Shown here in pieces: positions 1 to 9,129 of a stretch of DNA of 50,467 nucleotides. The translations under genes were made by a program, and so were the position numbers. The notes below the pieces were generated by a model. The model searched no databases, was not told where the DNA came from, and worked only from the letters and a program-made list of their open reading frames with translations. The stretch lies in assembly GCA_964605915.1 (NCBI GenBank), contig CAZSET010000002.1, forward strand, positions 1 to 50,467, written 5' to 3'. Every line of letters begins with the position of its first letter. Position 1 is the first letter of the stretch. The stretch comes from an uncultured candidatus Brocadiaceae bacterium. GTDB lineage: Bacteria > Planctomycetota > Brocadiia > SM23-32.

Positions 1-54
1 GGTCTCGCCCGAGGTCTTGACAGCGCGGGCGTAGGTGCGCTGCTCGGGGGTCAT
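1..54 (-). CDS. 5' end of an unidentified CDS running off the left edge (MTPEQRTYARAVKTSGET...)
   Basis: ATG at 52-54 (minus strand) overlaps the TGA of the upstream kinase-like gene (ATGA, 51-54). Only 18 codons are visible. It could instead be the frameshifted C-terminus of the kinase gene. Confidence 0.3.
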   Translation of the reverse strand, partial: MTPEQRTYARAVKTSGET

Positions 55-497
55 GCGTCGGGGTCTCGCTCGTCGGCGTCGGCAGCCACGTAGCACTTCA
101 CGTCCATTAGGTCGCGCAGCTCGGGATAGTAAAGCGCGAGGATCCCCTCGAGGATGAAGACGTCTGGGCCTCCGTCCGCGCATGCCCCGACGGCGCGGCA
201 GTGGGCGAACATCCGCTCGCAGTCGAACGAGTCGGGCCGGTTGTAGTCGGGGCGCGGGCCGCCGTGCCGGCGCGAGTGGTAGGTGGGCAGCCGGTCCGCG
301 GGCCAGAAGAACCGGTCCTGGTTGACGACCTCGGTGCGCAGGGGGCGGAGCAGGTCGGCAATCCGCATCGCGATGGTGGTCTTTCCCGACGCGCTGCCTC
401 CGCCGATGCCAATGAAGAGGTGGCGGCGGCCCCCGCGCCGCTCCGACCAGCGGTCCAGGAGACCCTCCACGACGCCGACGGAGTCGCGTCCCGGCAT
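51..497 (-). CDS. Uridine kinase / phosphoribulokinase-family P-loop nucleoside kinase (short, ~149 aa)
   Basis: P-loop GIGGGSASGKTT, then NQDRFF, ILEGILALY and a DADER motif, all typical of the uridine kinase family. GGAGG lies about 5 nt upstream of ATG 497. The ORF-track start at 725 is an unsupported N-terminal extension. The protein ends earlier than typical family members. Confidence 0.7.
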   Translation of the reverse strand: MPGRDSVGVVEGLLDRWSERRGGRRHLFIGIGGGSASGKTTIAMRIADLLRPLRTEVVNQDRFFWPADRLPTYHSRRHGGPRPDYNRPDSFDCERMFAHCRAVGACADGGPDVFILEGILALYYPELRDLMDVKCYVAADADERDPDA

Positions 498-869
498 GGC
501 TGTCCTCCGTTTGCCCATCGGCGCCCGAATCGGTGTCCGCGCACCGGTTCGAGGGCACAAAAGCCTCCGCATTATCGGCGAGAGGCCGCTGGCGCTCAAA
601 TGCCGGATTGCCGTGTCCCGCGTGGCCCCCGGCCCTCCATGAACTAAGAACGTAACACACAAGGCAGAAATGCTTTGTGATAACGCGGCGTTTTTCGGGG
701 AACAGAACGGCCTGCTGAGGACCACAATAGGTAGGAAGGGACGAGATCAGGGCCGAATGGTTGCGAGCGGCCCGGCTGCAAGGAGAGGAAGCGATGGTTG
801 AGCTCGAGAAAGCAGCGGTGAGGCGGGGGCCGGCAGCGCCGGGACTCCGCTCGGGGCTCGGTTTCGCGG

Positions 870-898
870 TAGCCAAGCGGCTCCCGACGGGGTACAAT
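870..898 (+). promoter_or_regulatory. Candidate sigma70-type promoter (TAGCCA-N17-TACAAT) for the FecR-like gene
   Basis: -10 TACAAT at 893-898 and a 4/6 -35 at 870-875 with a 17-nt spacer, about 58 nt upstream of ATG 956. Confidence 0.35.
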
Positions 899-955
899 GC
901 ATTGAGGAAGCCGGGAGCCCTCCGAGGAGTCAGAAGTAGTGGGAAGGAAGGACCG

Positions 956-3241
956 ATGGCTGCCATAAAGCACATAGCAAAAAGACTTTGCGTGATTGCG
1001 CTTGCCCTTGCCCTCTCCTGGTCACCGGCTGCTCAGGCCGATGATTCCGCACCCCTCTACGGCCGGCCCAGCGCGCTGGAGGGGCGCCTGGCCGTGAAGG
1101 GTACGACGGAGCAGGAGTGGTCGAACGTCGAGCTGAACGGCATCGTGGGCGACGGCGACGCGCTGCTGACGGAGCCCGACAGCCTGGCGGAAATCGAACT
1201 GCCGCGCGACTTGTTCTTCCGGCTTGGCGGCTCGACGCAGCTCGAGATCGTCTCGGTAGGCGATGCTCGTTACCGGCTGCTGGTCGGGTCGGCTTACGTC
1301 GTCTCGCAGGCGCCAGCGGAGATCGTAACCGGCGTCGAGACGCCGTCTTGCGACATCGTGGTCGGGGGCGGATCGGTCGCCCGGATCGAGGTGTCGGAGG
1401 CCGGGACTGCACGGATCCACGCCGTGGAAGGCTACGTCGAGGTGCTCGGCGAAGGCGGTTCGAGCGTGGCTCTGCGGCGGGAGCTTGTGCTGACCGTCAG
1501 CCCCGAGGGCGGCTTTGCGGGCCTGGGACCGATGGCCCCGGTGCTGGCGGATGAGCTGGCCCAGTTCCACCTGGCGCGGACCGCCGCGCTGGCCGGCAAG
1601 GTGCTGCCGGAGCCGGCGCCGTACGACGTCGTCGGGACACGAGACCTGGCGGCCAGCGGCGACTGGGTTGTGGAAGAGGAGGTCCGCTACTGGAAGCCGC
1701 GCGTCGTAGGTGCCTCGTGGCGGCCATATTACGACGGATCATGGCGCCACATGGTCTCGGTTGGCTGGTACTGGGTGCCCCGGTACTCCTTCGAGTACGT
1801 GACCTGCCATTACGGCTACTGGCACCGCAGCCACCGGCACGGATGGCTCTGGCGGCCGAGCTGGGTCTGGAGCCCGGCCAGGGTGGCGTGGGTCGTGGTC
1901 GACGACGGCATCTGCTGGGCGCCGGTCGACATCTACCACCACCCGATCGTGAGCTACCGGCCCGTCGCGCCCGTGTCGTTCCGCTTCTCGATCGGCGATG
2001 GCGACTGGGATCTGTCCCTCGGCCTTTGGTGCTTCGGGAGGTTTGACGACTTCCACCGTGACCGGCCGCACTACACGGTAGTCAGGAAGGAAGTGGTGAT
2101 CCGGGACGGCATGATCAACATCGGCAACTCCCGCCTGGTGAACAACATAGACCATCTCAACATCGTCAGGCCGGAAGTCGGCCGGCGCGGGCCGCGCTAC
2201 ACCATCGCCAGGGACGACTTCGTCAGGTTCCGCGAGCGCGAGGTGGCCGTCGAACGCCGCAGGGAGCGGCGTCCGGAGGGCCTCGAGACACGGCTGGCTG
2301 ACCTGCGAGGCCGGTCGAGGCGGGACGATGCCGGCGCCAACCGCGGGCAGGGCGACCGGGGCAGGCAGTCGGCAGGCCCTGACCGCGGGCGGCCCCCGCT
2401 TGAGGCGCGCCAGGACGCCGGCCGTTTCGGCGGCGCACGTCCCGGCATTGACGACAGGGGTCGCAACCGCTCTGAAGGCCCCGGCCGCCCCGAGGGCGCT
2501 CTGTCGCGCACCATCGGTTCCGACCGTTCCGGCCGCGTCGTCGACCGGCCCGAACCCGAGGGCGATCGGCCACAGCGCACGCTGCGCCTCGGCGCCATCC
2601 TGAACCGGCCGGAGGGGGTCGCGGAGCGGAGGGCCGAGCCCTCCCGCAGCGGCGTTGAGCTGCGCCGAGAGGCCCTGGAACGGCTGCGCGAGAGACGGGG
2701 GAGTGACGAGCCGGCTTCCGACCGCGAGAGCCTCGGGCAGACGTTCAACCTTCTGCGCGACCGGAGCAGCAGCCGCGACGCGACGACCGAAAGGCCGTCG
2801 ATCAGGCGCCAGACGCTGGGCAAGGACATCCGCAGCGGGCCCGAGCGAGCCCTCGAGTCCATCCTGCAGCGCGTTGAGAGCAGTCGCTCCAACGCGGCCG
2901 AGCTCGACAGGACGCGCAGGCGCCTGGAGCTGCCCAGCCTGCAGCTCCGTCGGCAGGAGCCCTCCTTGCAGCTAAGGGTGCCTTCGCTGCGCCGGAAGTC
3001 GTCCTCGAGTTCGAGTTCGGGCCGCAGCGGTTTCCTCAGCGGCATCCTCGGAGGCAGCTCGAGGAACCGCGCCAGCTCGAGCAGTCCCAGCAGTTCCACG
3101 AGCGGAGGCCGGAGTCGCTTGAGGGAGCGGATCGAGAGCCGGAGCAAGCGGGACGAATCGTCGTCCCGTTCTTCGCTTGCCGAACGGATCGACCGCCGGG
3201 GCAGGTTCTCGGAGTCCTCCAGGAAGCGAGGACGTGACTGA
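956..3241 (+). CDS. Secreted FecR-domain protein with a W/Y/H-rich repeat segment (DUF6600-like) and a long Arg/Ser-rich disordered tail
   Basis: ATG 956 is preceded by GGAAGGAAGGA. Signal peptide MAAIKHIAKRLCVIALALALSWSPAAQA. FecR-like segment (GRLAVKGTTEQEWSNVELNGIVGDGDALLTEPDSLAEIELP...). Aromatic repeat block WRPYYDGSWRHMVSVGWYWVPRY...HYGYWHRSHRHGWLWRPSWVWSP. The C-terminal ~340 aa are dominated by R/S/E/D/G. Confidence 0.75.
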   Translation: MAAIKHIAKRLCVIALALALSWSPAAQADDSAPLYGRPSALEGRLAVKGTTEQEWSNVELNGIVGDGDALLTEPDSLAEIELPRDLFFRLGGSTQLEIVSVGDARYRLLVGSAYVVSQAPAEIVTGVETPSCDIVVGGGSVARIEVSEAGTARIHAVEGYVEVLGEGGSSVALRRELVLTVSPEGGFAGLGPMAPVLADELAQFHLARTAALAGKVLPEPAPYDVVGTRDLAASGDWVVEEEVRYWKPRVVGASWRPYYDGSWRHMVSVGWYWVPRYSFEYVTCHYGYWHRSHRHGWLWRPSWVWSPARVAWVVVDDGICWAPVDIYHHPIVSYRPVAPVSFRFSIGDGDWDLSLGLWCFGRFDDFHRDRPHYTVVRKEVVIRDGMINIGNSRLVNNIDHLNIVRPEVGRRGPRYTIARDDFVRFREREVAVERRRERRPEGLETRLADLRGRSRRDDAGANRGQGDRGRQSAGPDRGRPPLEARQDAGRFGGARPGIDDRGRNRSEGPGRPEGALSRTIGSDRSGRVVDRPEPEGDRPQRTLRLGAILNRPEGVAERRAEPSRSGVELRREALERLRERRGSDEPASDRESLGQTFNLLRDRSSSRDATTERPSIRRQTLGKDIRSGPERALESILQRVESSRSNAAELDRTRRRLELPSLQLRRQEPSLQLRVPSLRRKSSSSSSSGRSGFLSGILGGSSRNRASSSSPSSSTSGGRSRLRERIESRSKRDESSSRSSLAERIDRRGRFSESSRKRGRD

Positions 3242-3251
3242 GGCGTGAGAC

Positions 3252-3287
3252 GGGCCGGCCCGGATGAGGTCCTCCGGCCGGCTCTTT
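3252..3287 (+). terminator. Weak hairpin after the FecR-like gene
   Basis: GCCGGCCCGGA (3254-3264) pairs with TCCGGCCGGC (3273-3282) with one bulge, followed by TCTTT. The U-tract is poor. Confidence 0.3.
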
Positions 3288-3621
3288 GACGTCGCGAACA
3301 CAGGCGCGGTTCGGGGCTTCCCGGACCGCGCTTTCATTTGGGCTCACAAGTTCGTTCCAACGGCTCATTGTGTCGCATCCAGACTGCCTACCCAAGACCA
3401 TGCTCTCCCGCTGCCGCCAGGTCAAGATTGAAGCCCTTGATCAGGTTGCGCGGCACCGAGAACAGCGGTTCATGCGCCGGCAGCTTCAGCGGCACGGGCG
3501 CTCCCGTCTCCAGGCGGCGCCCGTTTGACTCCTGCGCGGGAATGCCGATAATCGTAGGGATGGCGCTGCCGGATCGGCGGCGCGATACGCCCGAGTGCGC
3601 AAGGAGGGGAACGTGGACGAG

Positions 3622-4746
3622 ATGACGCCCCGCCAGAGGCTGCTGACTGCCTTGGCCCACAAACAGCCCGATCGCGTTCCCCGAGACCTAGGCGGGCGCG
3701 TGACAGGCATCACCGTCAAGGCCTACGCGCGGCTGCAGGAGCACCTCGGGCTCCGGGAAGATATCCACATCACCGACCTCAACCAGCAGCTTGCACGGCC
3801 CTCGGACGAGGTCCTCCGGCGCCTGGGCATCGACACACGCTACGTCATGCCCGCCATCGCGCCGGCCGAAGAGCGGGAGATCACCGAGGACGGGACCGGC
3901 TACAGCTTCGTGGACGAGTGGGGCATCACGCTCCGCATGCCGAAGGAGAACGGCTACTACTTCGACATGGTCTCGCACCCCCTGGCCGGCCTGAAGGTCG
4001 AGGATCTGGACGCCTATCCCTGGCCCGATCCGCACGCCCCCGGACTCACGCGGGGACTCCGCGAGCACGCCCGCCGGCTGGCCGGGGAGACGGACTACGC
4101 CATCGTCGGCGACGCCTCCGCCTCCCTGTTCGAGCGGGCCTGGTACCTGCGGGGGTTTGAGAACTTCATGATGGACCTGGTGACGGACGAGCGGTTCGCT
4201 GTGGCCCTGCTTGAGCGCCTGCTCGAGCTGCGGTTCGCGCAACTCGGCGACTTCCTCGACGCCGTCGGCGAGTTCATCCACGTCATGCGACTCGGCGACG
4301 ACATCGGCCAGCAGGGAGGGCCCTTGATCTCGCCGCCCCTCTACCGCCGCCTGGTCAAGCCCCGCCACCGCGAGATGATCCGTTTCGTCAAGGCGCGTAC
4401 CGACGCCCGGATCTTCTACCACAGTTGCGGCTCGGTCGTGGAGTTCGTGCCCGACCTGATCGAGATCGGCGTGGACATACTCAACCCGATCCAGGTCTCC
4501 GCGAAGGGCATGGACCCGACCCGTCTGAAGGCGGATTACGGCGACCGGCTCTGCTTCTGGGGCGGCGTCGACACCCAGCACGTGCTGCCGCTGGGGACCC
4601 CCGAGGAGGTGAGCCGGGAGGCGCGCCTTCGCATCCGCCAGCTCGGAGCCGGCGGCGGATACGTGCTCAACGCCGTGCACAACATCCAGGCCGACGTTCC
4701 GCCCGAGAACGTCATCGCCTTGTATGCTGCCGCCGATTCCTCGTGA
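3622..4746 (+). CDS. Uroporphyrinogen decarboxylase (URO-D) family protein (MtaA/CmuA-like fold)
   Basis: N-terminus MTPRQRLLTALAHKQPDRVPRDLGG. The internal segments IFYHSCGSVVEFVPDLIEIGVDILNPIQVSAKGMDP and GGGYVLNAVHNIQADVPPENV are typical of the URO-D family. RBS AAGGAGGGG at 3601-3609. GTG 3613 is an alternative start. Confidence 0.85.
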   Translation: MTPRQRLLTALAHKQPDRVPRDLGGRVTGITVKAYARLQEHLGLREDIHITDLNQQLARPSDEVLRRLGIDTRYVMPAIAPAEEREITEDGTGYSFVDEWGITLRMPKENGYYFDMVSHPLAGLKVEDLDAYPWPDPHAPGLTRGLREHARRLAGETDYAIVGDASASLFERAWYLRGFENFMMDLVTDERFAVALLERLLELRFAQLGDFLDAVGEFIHVMRLGDDIGQQGGPLISPPLYRRLVKPRHREMIRFVKARTDARIFYHSCGSVVEFVPDLIEIGVDILNPIQVSAKGMDPTRLKADYGDRLCFWGGVDTQHVLPLGTPEEVSREARLRIRQLGAGGGYVLNAVHNIQADVPPENVIALYAAADSS

Positions 4747-4878
4747 GCGGCCCATTGGACGGTGATTGCGGCGGTGGCGTCCCGGCGGTACGGGGCCGGG
4801 GCTCCTCCTGCGTCGGCGCCCGGTCAGGTCAATCAGTATGCGTGTTTGCCGCGTGCAGAGCGAAGCGAAGAGGCCCGG

Positions 4879-6432
4879 CTACTCCCTGTCGCGCCCTGTC
4901 GTCTGTGCCATGTACAGGACCGCATCGCCGTCGAACGGCGCGGTCATGGAAAAGTCCGCGCCGCCGGTGACCGGTTCGCCTTTGATTGCCTCGCCGGTGG
5001 AAGGGTTGAACCATTCCACTGCCAAGGTTCCCGAGACAGCCGAAAGGTCCACTGTGACCTCTGGCCCCCTGGGCACATACACCAGTAGTTCCGCCTCTTG
5101 GGCCGTGGTATTCGCCAGGCAATAGCCCGACGAGGAAAGGATGCCCTGAGGCGTCATGGCGGCCAGGTTCACCCGGTCCGCATAGCGGCGGGTGTAGCCC
5201 ATGCTGATCCTGATCGTCTCCCAATAGGGGTCGAGTTCCCCGTCCTTCGGCTTGTTACGCTTGGAGTCGTATTCGAGGTAGGGGTCCATGAACAGCGTGC
5301 TGTTGCCGCGCATGAAATTCTTCCACACCCAGGCGCGCTGGCCATCCAAACCGACCTTCTGAAGCCGGGTGTAATAGAAAGAGTGGTCCGTGTCGTTCAG
5401 GACCACCTTGCGGCCCTTCGCGTCGGGCGGGTCGGGGTCTATCCCCCCGTATCCGCCGGGTGTATCATCATTGCCACCGGGAGATATCCAGTCGGCCGGG
5501 CTGTCGAAGAGGTCGTCGTTCGTGCCGCGAAGAAGGAACGTTATCCCCACCGGATGCTGCTTGGGCTTCTTCGCCTCATATTCATGCACGTAGTTGACCA
5601 GGTGCTTCTCCCATTCCAGGCACCCGCGGGGCACGCTGTGGCACTCGTTAGCGACCTCGTATAGCACGTTGTCCAGATCGTTCACCGTATCCACGATCTT
5701 GCGGACATAGGCTTCCTGCAACGGGGTGATCGCGGGGACGCTCAGGGAATCGAAGTCCATTCCCCGGCCGGTCTTGTTCGGATCCCCGTCAATGCCGTTG
5801 ATGTTGTTGTTCACGTTGAAGGGGTGTCCATCCCAACACCACGGCTTCTTTGAGCCAGCAGGGCCGTTTCCGTCGAAGAACATCACGGAAACGTAAATCC
5901 CCCGGTCCCGGGCCGCGATGACGCGCGAACGGAGCCGGTCGAAGAAAGCCTGATCAAACTTGCCCAGGTCGAACTTGGGCTTCCCGTCCAAAGCCAGGCC
6001 GGGCCCTGTCCGCGGCCACGGGTGAGGCCCCGCCACGTACACCATCTGGTCGTCGTACAGCCCCGTGAAGGAGTACTGGGTCAGTTCCTTTCTGCGCAAC
6101 CGGATGAAGTTGTGGTTGTGGACCTGCAGGAAATCGAGGTAGGCGTCGAAGTCGAAGACTGGCGGGGGATCGGTTGTCCCCTGGTCGTTCTGGTTCGACC
6201 AAGTAAGCGATCCCGTCAGGTAAATGGCCCTGCCCGTGCCGTCCGTGAAGTAGCGTGGGTTGCTGGGCAGGGCCCTGAGCGGTCCCTTGGCTGGGCCGAC
6301 GGGCCGCACTGCCTGCCAGGCCGAAGGGGCGCCAGCGCATGACACGGCCACCAAGATGGAAAGAGCCAGAAAGACGACACTTCCCCCGACGATCAGGTTT
6401 GTCGTGCACATGTCCATGGATTCCTGCGTCAT
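4879..6432 (-). CDS. Secreted clan GH-A (cellulase-like TIM barrel) glycoside hydrolase with a C-terminal beta-sandwich
   Basis: N-terminal TM/signal segment (LIVGGSVVFLALSILVAVSCAG). Motifs PRYFTDGTGRAIYLTGSLTW, HNHNFIRL, GIYVSVMFFDG and NVLYEVANE (an NE acid/base-type motif). ATG 6432 overlaps the GH38 stop (ATGA). The upstream 107 codons of the track ORF are Arg-rich junk. Confidence 0.75.
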   Translation of the reverse strand: MTQESMDMCTTNLIVGGSVVFLALSILVAVSCAGAPSAWQAVRPVGPAKGPLRALPSNPRYFTDGTGRAIYLTGSLTWSNQNDQGTTDPPPVFDFDAYLDFLQVHNHNFIRLRRKELTQYSFTGLYDDQMVYVAGPHPWPRTGPGLALDGKPKFDLGKFDQAFFDRLRSRVIAARDRGIYVSVMFFDGNGPAGSKKPWCWDGHPFNVNNNINGIDGDPNKTGRGMDFDSLSVPAITPLQEAYVRKIVDTVNDLDNVLYEVANECHSVPRGCLEWEKHLVNYVHEYEAKKPKQHPVGITFLLRGTNDDLFDSPADWISPGGNDDTPGGYGGIDPDPPDAKGRKVVLNDTDHSFYYTRLQKVGLDGQRAWVWKNFMRGNSTLFMDPYLEYDSKRNKPKDGELDPYWETIRISMGYTRRYADRVNLAAMTPQGILSSSGYCLANTTAQEAELLVYVPRGPEVTVDLSAVSGTLAVEWFNPSTGEAIKGEPVTGGADFSMTAPFDGDAVLYMAQTTGRDRE

Positions 6433-8993
6433 TCTGCCTGGGGCATTGCCCGCAGCGTGACTATCTCGTGCGGGCGCACCTGGATCGTTACTTCTCCGGA
6501 CTGGACGGCGGCCTCGCCGATTGGCGCGCCGAGCAGATCCACCCGTTCCAGTGCCCCGGCATCCCGCACGCGCACGGTGACCGTCTGCGCCGAACCGCAG
6601 GCCTCGAAGAACCGGACGATGATGCCGCCCGTGTCGGCGTCCGGATGCACGGCTGAGAGTACGACCCCATCGCCGTCGATGTCTACGAAAGGCACGCCGG
6701 CCGGAAGCTGTGGGAGACCGGGCCCTCCAGGGCTGGCGGCGACGACGGGACACACGAGTTCCTGGCCCATCCTTGTCGGGAACGCGAGCGACTCGTCCGG
6801 CGCCGTGAAGCGGAACCGGAATGCGAACTCGAGCCGGCCCGTGTGCTCCCAGAAGAAGCGGGGGTCCGCGCCGCTCGGCGTGGTTCGCATCAGGACGGCT
6901 TCAAGCCCGCCCGCGCCCCAGTGGTAGGTAGCGTGGAGGGAGGCCATCGCCAGCGCGCTGTCCACACGGCGCTGATGGATCCAGAGCTGCAGCTCCCGGT
7001 AGTCGTCCCATTGCTCCGGCGAGCCCATCTCGTCCGGGTTGCGCGGCCCGCTTCCGGGAACCACGTTGGGCCAGTTGTTGCCGTAGAAGGGTGTACCGTA
7101 GAAAACGTCATCCCGCGTAGCAGCGGTCGGCATGCACTGGCGCATCTGCACGCGGTGCCGTCCGTGCCATAGAATCGTCGTCTTCAGGTCCACCGCGTCG
7201 ACCGGAGACTGCCAGACAGTCACCTCCTGCACGACGTGGGCATGGAGGATCGACTTGACCACTCGCGCCGAGGCGAAGAGCGGCCCAGCGGCGGACACCT
7301 CTACGCTACGCACCTCCTGCTGGGCCAGCACGCGCGACTCGTCAACGCGCAGCGGCACGTCGAACGCTTCTTCGTAGACGGCGTAGAGCCGGCCGACCCT
7401 GTCGGAGCCCCAGTCGGCGCCCGTGCGGACGTCGCGCAGCGTGGTCAGGGCGCCCGTCCGCCTGTCGACCGCCACAGCGGCGCCGGCCGCCAGCAGGGCG
7501 ATGCTTCCCTCGTCCACGCGGACACGCGGCCCGACCTGCGTTGCGGCCCTGCGCACAGGCCGGATGGTCGCTGCGGCCCACGCCACGGGCGGCACGGCAG
7601 GGAGCGCCATGACCTCCGTCGCGCCGTCCTCGGCGTTCGAGGTACCCAGGGCCTGAACGGGGATCGCGCTCCCGCGTTCGTCGACGAGTTCCAGTCCGCC
7701 GTCCGTCCAGTCGCCCGGAAGGGCGATCTCCACGGGCTCTGTCCTTGCCCAATTGAGCGGATTGAGGAAGAGCACCGTGCTCTCATTGGCGTCGGGTCCA
7801 GCCAGGACAGCCATGCCGTGCGCGACCATCTCGTCCGCATAGGAGAGGGCGCGTTCCTGGATTGTGCGCTTGTCGAACAGCGTCTGAGCCGCAAAGTTGC
7901 CGGAGAAGTTGTGGTCGCAGATGAAGATGTGCATCTTCCACAGCTCGTCCAGCTCGTCGCCGCGCGGTATGGGGTCGTTGCCCAGATAGTAGAGCCGCTC
8001 GAATAGCGTGCCGAACCACTCGCCCCGCGAAGCGTCGATGGTCTCCAGGCCATACCAGCGCTGGAGCGATGCCAGAAGCTCGGCGGTCAGTAGCCGGCCT
8101 TCCAGTCGTCTGGCGCGCTGCCAGAAGGAAGAGGGCACAGACGTCATGCCCCAGACCGAAGGTATCTCGCCGCTCAGGCGCGGCAGCAGGTCCTCGTGCC
8201 CTTCGTACTCGGCCGCTATTTCGCTTACGGTGCCGAAGCGGAACTCGATCTCAGGGAAGGTCCTGCGGTACTCCTCGATGAACTCGCGTGCCGGTCGGCC
8301 GAAGCGCTTGACGAAGCATTCCATGTCCGCCTGGTCGCCGGCGCCCGCTGAGAGCACGACCTTGCCCAGGGGGAAGCCCTTCAGCGCCTCGTCCGGATCG
8401 ACGGAACCCATCCATCCCCGGCCCTCGTTCAGTTCGGCCGCGTTGCGCCTGAGCTTGTGGAAGTCGTAGTGGTTCGGGTGGCTGAACACCCTCAGAGTGG
8501 TGCCGTCAGGTGCTGCGTAGACCCAAACCTGGCCGTTCGGGAAGATCTTCCGCGAGGTGGCGTAGCAGTCGATCCCCGCCTGGCGGTACATCTGGGGGAC
8601 CTGCGGGCAGAGAGCGGGCAGATCGGCGTGTGCGGCCAGTCGCGTGTCAATCCCGAACCCGTCGCGGCAGACCCGGCGGCCCCGAGCGATGTTGCGGATC
8701 TGGCTCTCGCCCAGCACCAGGTGCTCCATGATGTCCACGTAGGCTGCGCCGATGTCCAGCCGCCCTTCCTGCCAGAGCTTCCTGACCGTCTCCTCGTAGT
8801 CGGGGTGCTTTCCCAGGAAATGCTCGAGGAAGACGGCTGTCTCGAGCAGGAACGACTCATCCGGGTACTCCAGGCAGCGGTCGAGGTACTGCTTGATGAC
8901 GTGGCGGCCGCGCTCGAGGCAGTAGCGGAAGTCACCGATCCAGAACAGGTCGAGGTGCGACTCGTGGATGTAGATGAACTGAGGTCGCGTCAT
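6429..8993 (-). CDS. Glycoside hydrolase family 38 (alpha-mannosidase-like)
   Basis: N-terminal IYIHESHLDLFWIG matches the GH38 HxHxDxxW-type motif. WQEGRLDIGAAYVDIMEHLVLGESQIRN and HADLPALCPQVPQMYRQAGIDCY match the GH38 N-domain pattern. At 854 aa the size fits the family. Confidence 0.85.
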   Translation of the reverse strand: MTRPQFIYIHESHLDLFWIGDFRYCLERGRHVIKQYLDRCLEYPDESFLLETAVFLEHFLGKHPDYEETVRKLWQEGRLDIGAAYVDIMEHLVLGESQIRNIARGRRVCRDGFGIDTRLAAHADLPALCPQVPQMYRQAGIDCYATSRKIFPNGQVWVYAAPDGTTLRVFSHPNHYDFHKLRRNAAELNEGRGWMGSVDPDEALKGFPLGKVVLSAGAGDQADMECFVKRFGRPAREFIEEYRRTFPEIEFRFGTVSEIAAEYEGHEDLLPRLSGEIPSVWGMTSVPSSFWQRARRLEGRLLTAELLASLQRWYGLETIDASRGEWFGTLFERLYYLGNDPIPRGDELDELWKMHIFICDHNFSGNFAAQTLFDKRTIQERALSYADEMVAHGMAVLAGPDANESTVLFLNPLNWARTEPVEIALPGDWTDGGLELVDERGSAIPVQALGTSNAEDGATEVMALPAVPPVAWAAATIRPVRRAATQVGPRVRVDEGSIALLAAGAAVAVDRRTGALTTLRDVRTGADWGSDRVGRLYAVYEEAFDVPLRVDESRVLAQQEVRSVEVSAAGPLFASARVVKSILHAHVVQEVTVWQSPVDAVDLKTTILWHGRHRVQMRQCMPTAATRDDVFYGTPFYGNNWPNVVPGSGPRNPDEMGSPEQWDDYRELQLWIHQRRVDSALAMASLHATYHWGAGGLEAVLMRTTPSGADPRFFWEHTGRLEFAFRFRFTAPDESLAFPTRMGQELVCPVVAASPGGPGLPQLPAGVPFVDIDGDGVVLSAVHPDADTGGIIVRFFEACGSAQTVTVRVRDAGALERVDLLGAPIGEAAVQSGEVTIQVRPHEIVTLRAMPQAE

Positions 8994-9129
8994 GGCTCAG
9001 TTCCCCTCGCGCCGTCCGGCCTGCCCGGCTCGCCCGGCGGCCAGCCGTATGCTCTGCAACGGCGCTCGAATGAAGTGCTGCATCAGGGCTGCCATGCCTC
9101 GATTGGCTGCTGTCACGGGCACGGTCATG

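Noticed and set aside
2197-3147. 316-aa minus-strand ORF opposite the Arg/Ser-rich tail.
   Set aside because: It is a low-complexity mirror image of the compositionally biased + strand tract. The + strand ORF is contiguous with a well-supported N-terminal domain and signal peptide.
3388-3660. 90-aa minus-strand ORF (…GAPVPLKLPAHEPLFSVPRNLIKGFNLDL…) in the spacer upstream of the URO-D family gene.
   Set aside because: Its 5' end overlaps the URO-D gene start and RBS, it has no RBS of its own, and I could not place the sequence in a family. It may be a relic, but that is not supportable.
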